IMG/VR virus record: IMGVR_UViG_3300044676_001103 | Span: 1 to 36,316 of that record | From: a virus | Lineage: Duplodnaviria; Caudoviricetes | Direction: 5' to 3' (one strand) | Length of the DNA stretch: 36,316 nt | Part shown: positions 15,139-24,800 of the stretch, in pieces | How the letters are laid out: each line of letters starts with the position of its first letter | Numbering within the stretch: position 1 is the stretch's first letter | The notes under the pieces: model-generated | The model's database searches: none | Seen by the model: the letters and a program-made list of their open reading frames with translations, nothing else | Told to the model about the DNA's origin: nothing | Made by a program: the position numbers and the translations under genes

Positions 15139-16082
15139 TAGGTAAAGCTAATTCCATATAACTCTACGCCTTGTGGAAAGCGTGATCTCTGTTCTCTTCT
15201 TGCTCTATCTAATAATACACCGTAGTACCTAAGCAATGCGTTACGTAATCTCTCACCAGATCCTACAGGTATTCCTCTTTGTTCTAAGTTTTCTGTAATG
15301 TAATCTTGTGTTGTAGCGTCAACGTCTAATTCTGATAGCAACTGTGCTACAGCACCTACCATAACTATTTGCTCATGGAAATCTTCTAATCCAGATACTG
15401 TATTAAGATCTGTTGCTTCTGTTGTTGGTCTAGTAAATTTTGAAGCATAAACAACATAAACAGTTTTACCTGATGTAGGTGCAGTAGGAAATTGTACTGC
15501 TGCTTCTGTTGTTGATCCTGCAAAATCTGTAAGTAACTCTAATGCTACGTCACTATATACAGTTGTTGTAGATCCAGATGTAGAGTTATCCATCTTTGCT
15601 TGTAATATTCTTTGTGTACCTGCAGGCATTTCTACAAATTGTGTAGATGATGTTGTAATAGATGTTTTCTTTACTGCATACAAAGCAGGATACAAACCTA
15701 TAACTTGATCTCCTATTGCGTTAGCTACATTAATTCTTGGATATTTAGGTTTTAAAATTATATCTACATCATTAACATGCTCTGCTGCAGTAGTACCTAA
15801 CCTACCACGCTCTATAGTTATTTCTCTTGATACAGTGTTAATGTCTTCCACCATAACTAATTCTTGTTCTATTTCTAATACAGAACCTGCACCAATAAGC
15901 TCTTCTTCTTCTGGTGTAAACAAACCATCTTTATATTGAAGTGTTGTGCCACTAGATGTTAAACCCTGCTCACCACCAGATATGCTATCAAGATTAGCAA
16001 CTTGTGTTAATGGTTCTTGCTCTTCTACTGGACGTAGATATTCTCTATATGTTCTATCAATTAGCTGCCCAAATGTAGACAT
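15138..16082 (-). CDS. Head-tail adaptor (tail tubular protein A-like)
   Basis: MSTFGQLIDR N-terminal helix, inserted IEQEL..V..I.RG.LGTTAA.H domain, position after capsid genes. Confidence 0.65.
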   Translation of the reverse strand: MSTFGQLIDRTYREYLRPVEEQEPLTQVANLDSISGGEQGLTSSGTTLQYKDGLFTPEEEELIGAGSVLEIEQELVMVEDINTVSREITIERGRLGTTAAEHVNDVDIILKPKYPRINVANAIGDQVIGLYPALYAVKKTSITTSSTQFVEMPAGTQRILQAKMDNSTSGSTTTVYSDVALELLTDFAGSTTEAAVQFPTAPTSGKTVYVVYASKFTRPTTEATDLNTVSGLEDFHEQIVMVGAVAQLLSELDVDATTQDYITENLEQRGIPVGSGERLRNALLRYYGVLLDRARREQRSRFPQGVELYGISFT

Positions 16083-16090
16083 GTGGACCT

Positions 16091-16423
16091 CTAGCTTTCT
16101 CTATATAATAAAGTTATTTTTCTTGCAGATCCTTCAGTAGATCCAGATACTACACGTAAAAATCCTGTTGAACCAAATGCCCAACCGCTAGGATCAACTC
16201 TTACTACACTGTCTGTTGTAACTGTATAACTAACTGCTGTTCCGTCAGTCTCAACAACATTCTTCCAACCGCCAGGACTAGAAGCCCATTGCATAGTAAT
16301 TGTTGTTCCAGTCATTGCTGATGGAAATATGATTGCTGACAAAAGCATTCCGTCTGTATTAGAACCTTCGCTAGCTGTAGATCCGCCATCTATTTGTACT
16401 ATATCTTGTTTAAATCTTGCCAT
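16091..16423 (-). CDS. Putative capsid decoration/accessory protein
   Basis: 110-aa beta-rich protein directly after the MCP. LSAIIFPSAMTGTTITMQ motif. Confidence 0.6.
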   Translation of the reverse strand: MARFKQDIVQIDGGSTASEGSNTDGMLLSAIIFPSAMTGTTITMQWASSPGGWKNVVETDGTAVSYTVTTDSVVRVDPSGWAFGSTGFLRVVSGSTEGSARKITLLYRES

Positions 16424-16434
16424 ATTCGTTCCTT

Positions 16435-16443
16435 ATTTTAGCA
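16435..16443 (-). promoter_or_regulatory. Possible extended -10 promoter
   Basis: TG-C-TAAAAT at the base of the post-MCP hairpin, 11 nt before ATG 16423. Confidence 0.4.
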
Positions 16444-16486
16444 TACTCTAAAGACCGCTTAGGTGGAGTAAGCGGTCTTAGAGTAT
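16443..16486 (-). terminator. Long hairpin after major capsid gene (terminator or processing site)
   Basis: About 18-bp stem with one bulge and loop CUCCACC. No U-tract on the coding strand. Confidence 0.65.
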
Positions 16487-16497
16487 TAATTTATTGA

Positions 16498-17550
16498 TTA
16501 AGCGTTAGAAACGTTATCGATTTCTACGTGATATTGTTGTGGACCAAAGTCAAAGCCCATTTCCATATACACTGCTTTTGCAATTCTTGCATTATCGTTT
16601 TGATCTAAGTCTCTTACAAACATAGTTCCATAACCTGGAATGTTAAGGAATACTGGTTTGACAAAAGACATGTCAACGATAAAGTTTTTCTTACCATCAT
16701 TAGATCCTGCAGGTAGGAAATCAGACAAAGCAAGTCCGATTGATCCGAAAGGTGTAACGATTGTATCAATGTCAACACCTCCTACATTTCTATCTCTTGG
16801 TAAAATACCATAATTCTTACCTGATACAACAGTTGCATTAATCATTTCTTTGTTAAGATCTAACAATGCTGTTGGTTGACAGAAAAGCACTAAGTTTCTC
16901 ATTGGTGCGCCTGCGTCATAAAGTGCCTTCATGCCGTCTGCAATTACATCAAAGTTAAGTTTTTGTGCAGTTCCTGATCCATCACCTGCTGTGTCATGGA
17001 AAATTACGTTGCCGCCTGAAAGATTACAGTGTTGATCAAGACCTCTCATTTGACGGTTACCTGTTGTACCATCATTGTAAGAAGCGTTGAATGCTGACCA
17101 TTCTACTTTCTTTGCGACTGTTTCTAATACTAATTCCATTTGATAAGCTAGCTCATCATTAATTGGATTGTTACCTGCTAATGCTAATGCAGGATCGGAG
17201 TTCTTATAGTTTCCTGATAATTGAAACGGTACAATTTCTCCAGAAGCTGCTTGTGCAGTATAAGATACTTGCGCTGCTTCATGGAAAATTTGTAGTGTAC
17301 CCTGTTGTGCGCTTCTGCTTCTTCCAGAATAGTTAGGTGAACCACCTTCATCATCTGGTGTAACAGAAGAGACTGTTGCATTATCTTGTGTTTGGAATTG
17401 GAAGAATGTTGAGTTGATCGCAACTCCTCCATTAAGTCCGCCTGCAGCAGCTAGCAATGGTGTTCTATGAGGTGTGATTTTAAATAATTCACCAGTAAAG
17501 TTATTAACGTCACTAGCAACTATTGGATTAGCACCTGATATTGCTGCCAT
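16498..17550 (-). CDS. Major capsid protein (SU10/DUF5309-like, HK97 fold)
   Basis: ITPHRTPLL, QIFHEAAQVSYTAQA, ELAYQ, RQMRGL and TPFGSI motifs. 350 aa, follows the scaffold. Confidence 0.9.
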   Translation of the reverse strand: MAAISGANPIVASDVNNFTGELFKITPHRTPLLAAAGGLNGGVAINSTFFQFQTQDNATVSSVTPDDEGGSPNYSGRSRSAQQGTLQIFHEAAQVSYTAQAASGEIVPFQLSGNYKNSDPALALAGNNPINDELAYQMELVLETVAKKVEWSAFNASYNDGTTGNRQMRGLDQHCNLSGGNVIFHDTAGDGSGTAQKLNFDVIADGMKALYDAGAPMRNLVLFCQPTALLDLNKEMINATVVSGKNYGILPRDRNVGGVDIDTIVTPFGSIGLALSDFLPAGSNDGKKNFIVDMSFVKPVFLNIPGYGTMFVRDLDQNDNARIAKAVYMEMGFDFGPQQYHVEIDNVSNA

Positions 17551-17582
17551 ATTCTACTATTTCCCTTCTCTCTTACGAGATA

Positions 17583-18029
17583 TTATTTCTTTTTAAGTTC
17601 TTCTTGTAAAGCTAATTTTGCTCTAAGACTATCTCTAACAGAAGTGTCTCCACTTGCTATAACGTCTTGCATTTTTTGTGTCCAATCAGCAGGTTGTGCA
17701 GCTACAGAGTTTTGTTGTATTTGTGTTAGCTTGTTGTCACTTTCAGCGATCTTCGCAGCAGCTACTTCGTTGTTCTGCTGTACTTCAGTATCTATATTAT
17801 AAGTTTCTTTAAGCCATTGTCCTAGTTCTGCAGTATCTGGTTTTCCATCATAAAGATCGTAAGCCATCTTACCTGTGCCAGAGTTAGGATCTAATCCAAC
17901 ATCTTTAAACAAAGAAGTCTTTACAACATTCTTTAGTTCTTTATTCTCTTGTTCTACAGATTTAAGTTTGTCCCTTAAACCTTTTATACCTTCGTTGGTT
18001 TCCATGCTTTCCATTGTTTCGTCTGTCAT
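17583..18029 (-). CDS. Scaffolding protein
   Basis: 148-aa helical protein with IKGLRDKLK..EQENKELK coiled coil, directly upstream of the MCP. Confidence 0.75.
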   Translation of the reverse strand: MTDETMESMETNEGIKGLRDKLKSVEQENKELKNVVKTSLFKDVGLDPNSGTGKMAYDLYDGKPDTAELGQWLKETYNIDTEVQQNNEVAAAKIAESDNKLTQIQQNSVAAQPADWTQKMQDVIASGDTSVRDSLRAKLALQEELKKK

Positions 18030-18238
18030 TGATATTCTCCATTTCTCACACTATTACACTATTCTCCAATAAGGTGTGGATCGTATTGGGAGTGATTACA
18101 GTATTTGTTTACATGCTGAATGGGCGCTGTAATTACGCATACAACACCTCTACGAATTAAATACGTGGCTAGGACGTAGGAACCCTATGCCAGAGTTGTC
18201 GATCTATTATTTACTTGGCGGATACTGACCACGCCAAT
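18030..18238 (-). ncRNA. Structured 5' leader / ncRNA upstream of scaffold-MCP
   Basis: About 210 nt with four stem-loop domains and possible long-range pairings. Begins just after an extended -10 box. Confidence 0.6.
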
Positions 18239-18384
18239 ACAATTATTATAACACATAAAATCACTGCTAACGCATTTTTTCCTGGTTGTGTTAATTTAAT
18301 TTTATAAGCGTCATTCCAAAAGGTCCATGCTTTATCAGCAACATAGTGACCTTTTTTATTTCTTGCTCTAACCCATTTAAACAT
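18211..18384 (-). CDS. 57-aa protein with basic N-terminus and C-terminal TM helix (not in ORF track)
   Basis: MFKWVRARNKKGHYVADKAWTFWNDAYKIKLTQPGKNALAVILCVIIIVLAWSVSAK. TAATG overlap. RAR..KG...AD...N.AY motif. Confidence 0.75.
   Translation of the reverse strand: MFKWVRARNKKGHYVADKAWTFWNDAYKIKLTQPGKNALAVILCVIIIVLAWSVSAK
18245..18253 (-). promoter_or_regulatory. Extended -10 promoter for capsid operon
   Basis: TG-T-TATAAT, embedded in the 3' end of the 57-aa ORF. Confidence 0.65.
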
Positions 18385-19691
18385 TATTGTTCTACCAATC
18401 CTGTGACACCTGCTTGTGTAACTGCAGCGCCGCCTTCACGTGTAAAGACTGTTGCTTGCTCTGCTTCAAGTCTCTCTCTTACTTGTTGTGCTACACCTTC
18501 ACCAAATACTTCTGACTCAATAAACTCTGATAATCCAAATATATCTTCTCTACCTGTAAATCTTCTAGCAAGTCTTTGTAATCTTGGTAGCTGTGTCTCT
18601 GCTCTAGCTGCTAACTGTTGCGCACCAGTACCAGATAAACCTGCACTGACTAATCGTTGTGCTTGTTGTGCTGATACTGCAAAGTCTTCTTCTTTAAATG
18701 CACCACCAATTTGTGATACTTTTACTCTTTGTGAAATAATATCTGCTGATACATCTTCTGATATAAAGCTAGCAAATATAGCTTCATCAGATATGTCATC
18801 AGTTGTAGGAAATTGTCCAGGATAGTTCTCTACATAGTATTGTTTTACTGCGTCAAACTGATTAAACAGTGATGTATATGCAGTATCTAATCTTGTAGCA
18901 AATGTCTGTGGATCAACATCATTATCAAACAAATCTGTTATCTTGTCTTCAAAGTAATTAGGATTCAAATTGTAATCTTCTAATGCGTTAAAATAATCTT
19001 CCTTCATCTTAATGTAATCTAGTTCTGGTGTCTCTGTAGTAAACCTAAGTGTTGTACCATCTTCTCTAAATATTCCAGGAAACTTATCTTTGTATGCTTG
19101 TGTACCTCTCATTGTACGTAATGCTTCATCAACGTCACCACCGTTAGCATTGTATTCACCTATAAATGTTTCAAGTAACTCTTCACCTAAATAACTGTAG
19201 TTAGCTTGTGCAAACTCTCTAGCGTTAAATTGTTCTTGTGGATCTCCTGGAACTGGTGCAGGAGGTGGGGGATCTGGTACACCTGGATCACTTGGACCTA
19301 AATCTTGTTCTTCAATTGTTCCGTCACTGTATATAGTTTGAAATACAATTCTTCCATTTTTAATTATTGTTTGTGTTGATTGTACAGTTTTACCTGTTGG
19401 TTCTTGACTTCCACCACCGCCTGTGTCACCACCGCCTGTGTCACCACCACCTGTGTCACCACCACCTGTGTCACCACCACCTGCTTCTGCAGCTGCGGCT
19501 GCTCTAGCTCTTGCTTCTCTAGCTGCAAGAACAGCAGGATCATTTTCTAATGAAGCACGTAATGCTTCTATATCTGTATCAACTGATAATTCTTGTATAG
19601 GTTGTCGTTCTGGCTCTGGTGTTACTTGTGGTCCACCACGAACACCATCTATTAAAGGTGTTAATTGCATAATTCTATTTAATATGCTCAT
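18384..19691 (-). CDS. Putative internal virion/ejection protein (435 aa)
   Basis: Low-complexity N-terminus, R.TQAYKDKFPG motif, helical C-terminus. Lies in the structural block. Confidence 0.7.
   Translation of the reverse strand: MSILNRIMQLTPLIDGVRGGPQVTPEPERQPIQELSVDTDIEALRASLENDPAVLAAREARARAAAAAEAGGGDTGGGDTGGGDTGGGDTGGGGSQEPTGKTVQSTQTIIKNGRIVFQTIYSDGTIEEQDLGPSDPGVPDPPPPAPVPGDPQEQFNAREFAQANYSYLGEELLETFIGEYNANGGDVDEALRTMRGTQAYKDKFPGIFREDGTTLRFTTETPELDYIKMKEDYFNALEDYNLNPNYFEDKITDLFDNDVDPQTFATRLDTAYTSLFNQFDAVKQYYVENYPGQFPTTDDISDEAIFASFISEDVSADIISQRVKVSQIGGAFKEEDFAVSAQQAQRLVSAGLSGTGAQQLAARAETQLPRLQRLARRFTGREDIFGLSEFIESEVFGEGVAQQVRERLEAEQATVFTREGGAAVTQAGVTGLVEQ
19412..19483. repeat. 15-bp tandem repeat (4.8 copies) encoding GGGDT
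   Basis: caccacc(g/a)cctgtgt four times plus a partial copy. Confidence 0.95.
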
Positions 19692-20920
19692 AATCCAAAC
19701 CTTCCTCCGCCAGTAGATCTAGCGCCTGCTTTACCAAATACTCTCTCCATGTCTGATTTAAATTGATCTCTATATGTTTGTGAACCTGTCTCTGCTGCTG
19801 CAGCAAATGCAATATCTTTACGTTCTTCTACATCATTAGTTGCAATAAATTGGTTCCATTGTGCAGATTGTTCATCTGGTCTTGCACCTGTAATGTTTTG
19901 CCATTCTGTTCTAAGGTCTGGTGCTATATCTTCGTATGCTTTAACATTAGTACCTTGATACTGTGTAAACTTTGCTTGAAACTGATCTTGTAATTTAGGT
20001 AAAAACTCTTGTGTAAATGCTGTAGGATTATCCTGGTAGTTAGCAAGTAACTGTTCTAAGTTATAGTTATCTGCAACTCCTGGACCTAATATAGAGTTAA
20101 TTGTATTCTCCATTTGTTTTGTAAGTTCTATTGTCTCTAATGTTTTACCTTCTAATGCAGCTTTTACTTCTGGATCTAGTGTATATCTAATTAAAGGATT
20201 AGCTAACTTCTGTAAAGTTTTAGTAATATCATCATCAGTAAACGTACCGTACTGATACTTCTGTGTAATAGCGTCAATGACTTTAGGATCTAACTCTGTT
20301 ATGCCTGCAGCCATCATTCTGCTAATTATGTCTTCTCTTTTCTGTATGCCACGTTGACTAAAGGTTGCAGGATCTTGATGTGCAAATAACATCTCTTGTC
20401 TCTCACTAGCTGTATGTGTCTTCCACCAGGTTGTCTGTGCTAGTTCTGATTCTCTTGCAGTTCTGCCTTCTAGTGCAGCTTCTATAACTACTGCTAAATA
20501 ATCATACCTACCTTTAGCGTCTGTTGACATAAGGTATGGTTTATATTTAGACTCTTGCTCTAGTGCTTCAATTAAATAATCGTAACTCTCTGCACCAACT
20601 TCTACATTTCCTGATATTGCAGACAATTGTGTAACATTACCAAAATAAAAACTATTGTTATAATCTTCTTCTGTTATTCCTTCAAATGATCCTGATACTA
20701 TCTCTATACCATCATCTGTTAAATTAACTACAACGTCAGGTTGTACAACACCTGTTGTGTCTGATATTTCTTTAAGATCATCTACTTTGTATCTGTATGT
20801 TAAACCTTCAGATATTAAATCTCTTGATAATGAATAAACAGCGTAATATGCTTTATTACCATTAGCGTCTATTTCTTCTACTATTTGCGTGTCTGTTGGT
20901 AATGTATTTAGTAATGCCAT
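19688..20920 (-). CDS. Putative internal virion/ejection protein (410 aa)
   Basis: LAQTTWWKTHTASER...DPATF motif. Overlaps both neighbours. Confidence 0.7.
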   Translation of the reverse strand: MALLNTLPTDTQIVEEIDANGNKAYYAVYSLSRDLISEGLTYRYKVDDLKEISDTTGVVQPDVVVNLTDDGIEIVSGSFEGITEEDYNNSFYFGNVTQLSAISGNVEVGAESYDYLIEALEQESKYKPYLMSTDAKGRYDYLAVVIEAALEGRTARESELAQTTWWKTHTASERQEMLFAHQDPATFSQRGIQKREDIISRMMAAGITELDPKVIDAITQKYQYGTFTDDDITKTLQKLANPLIRYTLDPEVKAALEGKTLETIELTKQMENTINSILGPGVADNYNLEQLLANYQDNPTAFTQEFLPKLQDQFQAKFTQYQGTNVKAYEDIAPDLRTEWQNITGARPDEQSAQWNQFIATNDVEERKDIAFAAAAETGSQTYRDQFKSDMERVFGKAGARSTGGGRFGL

Positions 20921-21870
20921 TATCTTTTAAACATTTTTCCTAACTCTTTTAAATTGTCTACTGGTCCTGCTTCTTCTGGTATTTGACCTTGTTGAATAGC
21001 ATTCTCATATATTTCTGCTAAATTATTAGCAGCTTCTTCTATTGTAGCACCTAGTCTTGGCATATTTAAAAATTGTTTAAGGTCATCAAATTCTTCTCTA
21101 TGTCTTTGTGTTCTGTTTTGTAATTCTTTTTCTAAATAATTAAAGCCAGATTGTTTTGCTTTATCCATATATAATTCATACGTATCTAAATATTCTTTAC
21201 CTTTAGTTTTGTTATTGTAATTCTTATAGGCGTTCCAACCATTAGCACCATCATTGCCTAATGCAGAAGAACCTTCATGATCGTTCCATATTGTTGCAGC
21301 AATTTGTAAGTGTTTATCTATATTTTTAGGATCTTTTAAAAAACTGTATACTTTATTTTTTACATCATCTTGTTCAAATAATTTTTTAGCATAAGTGTTT
21401 ACCGTATCCATATCTGCTGTATTAGCAATGCTATTAATATCATCACCGTATTTGTTATCCATTGCCATAATAATGTAAGTAATTGCAGGTCCAGTATCTA
21501 TTTGAAATATTGAATAACTATCATTGTATTCATCTTGTAATGAAGCATTTACGTTGTAAGGTTTAGGTTTAAAATCTGTATATTCACCCTCTGTATTTCT
21601 GTTTGATAGACTTTCTACAGATAGTATTCCCATAAATTCATCAATTCTATTTTTACCTTTGCTATAAAATGGTTTTTTACTTCTACCTAGTAAATCTTTT
21701 TCATACACGCTGTTAACGTAATTATTAACATAAAAAAATAAATCGTCTTGATTCATTGTCTGTATGTTATTTTCATCTGTATTAATACGTGGTTTCATAT
21801 CAGAACCATCACCACCACCTTCAATAGTTGGTGTATAATTTATTTGTTTTAAATTATTTGGATTAAACAT
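20920..21870 (-). CDS. Virion-associated lytic transglycosylase (SLT/lysozyme fold), start revised to 21870
   Basis: GILSVES (catalytic Glu), YNVNA, SYSIFQID, LKDP.N..HL.IA.TIW, G..GWNAY. ATG 1 nt after the upstream TAA. Confidence 0.75.
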   Translation of the reverse strand: MFNPNNLKQINYTPTIEGGGDGSDMKPRINTDENNIQTMNQDDLFFYVNNYVNSVYEKDLLGRSKKPFYSKGKNRIDEFMGILSVESLSNRNTEGEYTDFKPKPYNVNASLQDEYNDSYSIFQIDTGPAITYIIMAMDNKYGDDINSIANTADMDTVNTYAKKLFEQDDVKNKVYSFLKDPKNIDKHLQIAATIWNDHEGSSALGNDGANGWNAYKNYNNKTKGKEYLDTYELYMDKAKQSGFNYLEKELQNRTQRHREEFDDLKQFLNMPRLGATIEEAANNLAEIYENAIQQGQIPEEAGPVDNLKELGKMFKR

Positions 21871-21871
21871 A

Positions 21872-24800
21872 TTATTCTGCCAGAACCATTGATCCACCAC
21901 CGCCTGATCTGTTTCTGTCTCCTGTTCTAATTCGTTCGCTAGTCCTAAAGTCTCTTGACAAATAATTATCAGGAATAGTGCTAGACCAACTTTGATCGTA
22001 ATTTTCTGGTAACGGTTTACCAAATCTATCTACTTCTTTAGGATTGTTTTCTTCATACGCTTTAGTATATATATCAATATTTTCTTTTGTATATGGCACA
22101 CTATTTTCTTTCATTAACATTTCTACAACCATATCTCTTTTTACTTTGTATACCCAATCATTTAATCCTGCTATATTTACAATACCTTTTAACTCTTCAA
22201 TTGCTTTAGGTTTAATATATTCTACTATGCTCTGTATTCCTAATACATTATTGTCATATATGTATTCTTTAAACTTTTCTTTTGTATAATCTACACCTTG
22301 TGTAACTGGATAAGCAACATTAACTCCTAGTAAGTTTTTAACTTCTGGATTATTTTTATTGCCATACATCATTTCTATTACACTATCTGACGTATCGTCT
22401 TCATATCTATTCATAGTATCTACTAATGCACCACCTATTGTTTCATACTGTGAACCAGAACCAGACATACGACTAGCCAATATATCAATTGCTGCAGGTG
22501 CAAGAACCCATTTATCAAAAGTATCTAATGCCTTACCGCCATACTTTAATGTATTTTTTAATCCTGGCTTAACATACTTATTTAATGAAGCCATAGTGTT
22601 AATAGCACCAGTGTAAAATTTAGCACGCACTTCTTCAGGTGCTTGTGCAACTGTTGTTAATAAATCATTAGCTGCAGCAGCAACAGCTTCTTGTGGAATT
22701 TGTCCTAGTTTACCTGCTGCTTCTGCTTGCATGTAAGCATTCTGTTTTATCATTATTTGTACTGATATATTTTCTTTACCCATACTTGTCATAGAATCTA
22801 AATACCCTGTGTAAACTCCCTTTTCTTTAATAGCTGCGTCAAATTTAGCAACTTCTTCATCACTAGGATTTAGATCTAACAAATTATCTATATGTGCATA
22901 TTTAGATATTAATTTTAAATCACTATCTTCTAAATTTCTTACATCTTTGTTTCTTAAATCATAAAAATCGTCCGCGTCTTGTTCGTCCATAAATGCCCAA
23001 TTTATAATTTCTGTTTGTAATGTTTTAGGTTTATTAGTTTCTAATTTATTAGTAGGATCAATAATTCCTACAACCCAGTGTGGACTATCACCAACAAAAC
23101 CACCGCCTGAACTTAATGTTATTTCATAGCCATTATTTCCTGCCATAGTATATATTTTTCTATCTAACATTGCTTTATTAATATTGTCACCACCTGCGTC
23201 AGACGTAACATAACTTTGTACAGTATTAAGAAAATCGTCTACATTTTCTGCTGTAACTTTTGCAGGTAAATTATTTTCTTTATAATAGTTATTCCACTTT
23301 TCAATTCTTGTTACAGTATTAAAATTTTTATTCCATTCTGGTTCAAATGAAATTTCACCAGGTAATGTCAATGCAGATTTTATAGCATTCTGTATATTGT
23401 AAACAGTTGATCCTACTTTGCCTGGACTTGCTTGTTTTGTATTTTGATATGATGTTAAGCTATTTTTAAAATTATTATCTAAAGAATTTTTTATTGCTTC
23501 ATTTAAATTATCAGCAACTGGTACCCATTCACCATCTAAAAATTCTATACCTAATAACTTAGCAGCAGTCGTGTAATCTTTATTGTCTATAGCTAGTGAA
23601 GCATTAATGTAATCTGACAATAGTTGCATTTCATTTGATATATCTGCTCTAAAATATTTATGATACTGATCAAAAGTATTTGCAATATGACGATATCCTT
23701 CTTGATCTTCAAACCCAACTATTGGTGCGCCCTTTTGTATTTCATCTAATACAAATTTATAATTTAAATCAGTTTGATTACGATCTGATAAACGCCCAGA
23801 TAAATTTCCTCCAGTGCCTACAATTTCACCGAAGTTAGGTTTGTAATTTGGATCTCCTTTCATTTTTGCGTCAAATATACTTTGTAATGTAGATCTGTTT
23901 TCTGCGCCTGGTATAGGTCTTGTTTTTTGTAATGCTACATAAGGAATCATATCCTCTGCAAGTTTATATCTATTTACAGGATCTCTAAACTGTGGTTGAA
24001 TATTTCCTTCTACAAATCTAGTTCCATTTTGTAGATCTCTTAAAAACCAATTTTCATCAAACTCATTCATTACTTCTTGCCAAAAACTTTGTAGCTTAGG
24101 ATCTCCTTGTCCTGGTAAAACAGAATGATTTAGCTTTAATATATTTTCTTGATTAACAGATCCACGTATATTAGCAACATTAGCAGTAGCTAAACTATCT
24201 GTACCATTAACTTGTTTTATAACAACTTCCATAAGATCGTTTCTATTAGGAAGTTTATCATCATAAACCAAATCTATTAATAATCCATTTTGTTTTGCTA
24301 TATCTAATACATCATCAATAAGTTCAGCATTACCACGATTTACTACAATAAACCTTGCTATGTCTTCTTTGATTACTTGACTTATTTGATCTGGTGTATA
24401 ACCGTCATTACTACCTGTTCCGTAACTAACACCAATAAAAGGACTTGTAGTAGTGTATAACACTGGTCCTACTAAACCTGTTTTACCTTTTGTAGGATCA
24501 ACAAAATTTAATTTATCATCAAAAAATACAGGTCTTTCTCTTTTTAAACTACTAGCAATATCATCATTTGGATATTTCTTATCTACTTCATAAAGAAAAT
24601 TTAATACGTTTTCATTAGGTCCAGGTGTTCCATGATTTGTTTGAAAATTTAATACTCCGTCTTCTATATAACTTGATCTTTGATTTAATGGAGGATCTTT
24701 AGTTTCTCCGTATTTTAGAAAAAAATCTGCAGGATCCATTGTCATAAATTCATTATCAAACACGTCACTTAAAAAATTAAGTTGTCTGTCTGTTTGCAAA

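Noticed and set aside
17184-17432. 82-aa minus-strand ORF inside the capsid gene
   Set aside because: Out-of-frame nested ORF without motif or independent support.
18030-18240. tRNA or HDV-like ribozyme in the intergenic region
   Set aside because: No cloverleaf with a T-loop consensus and acceptor stem, and I could not fit the nested double pseudoknot of HDV-like ribozymes by eye. Kept only as an unclassified structured RNA.
19412-19483. Repeat array as CRISPR or DGR element
   Set aside because: Units are contiguous with no spacers, in frame within a CDS, and no cas or reverse transcriptase gene is present in the window.
21871-22023. Signal-peptide-like N-terminal extension (MVNRYQKITIKVGLALFLII...) on the transglycosylase ORF
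   Set aside because: It overlaps the polyvalent gene by about 150 nt in another frame. The ATG at 21870 directly after the upstream stop fits the coupling pattern of the genome.
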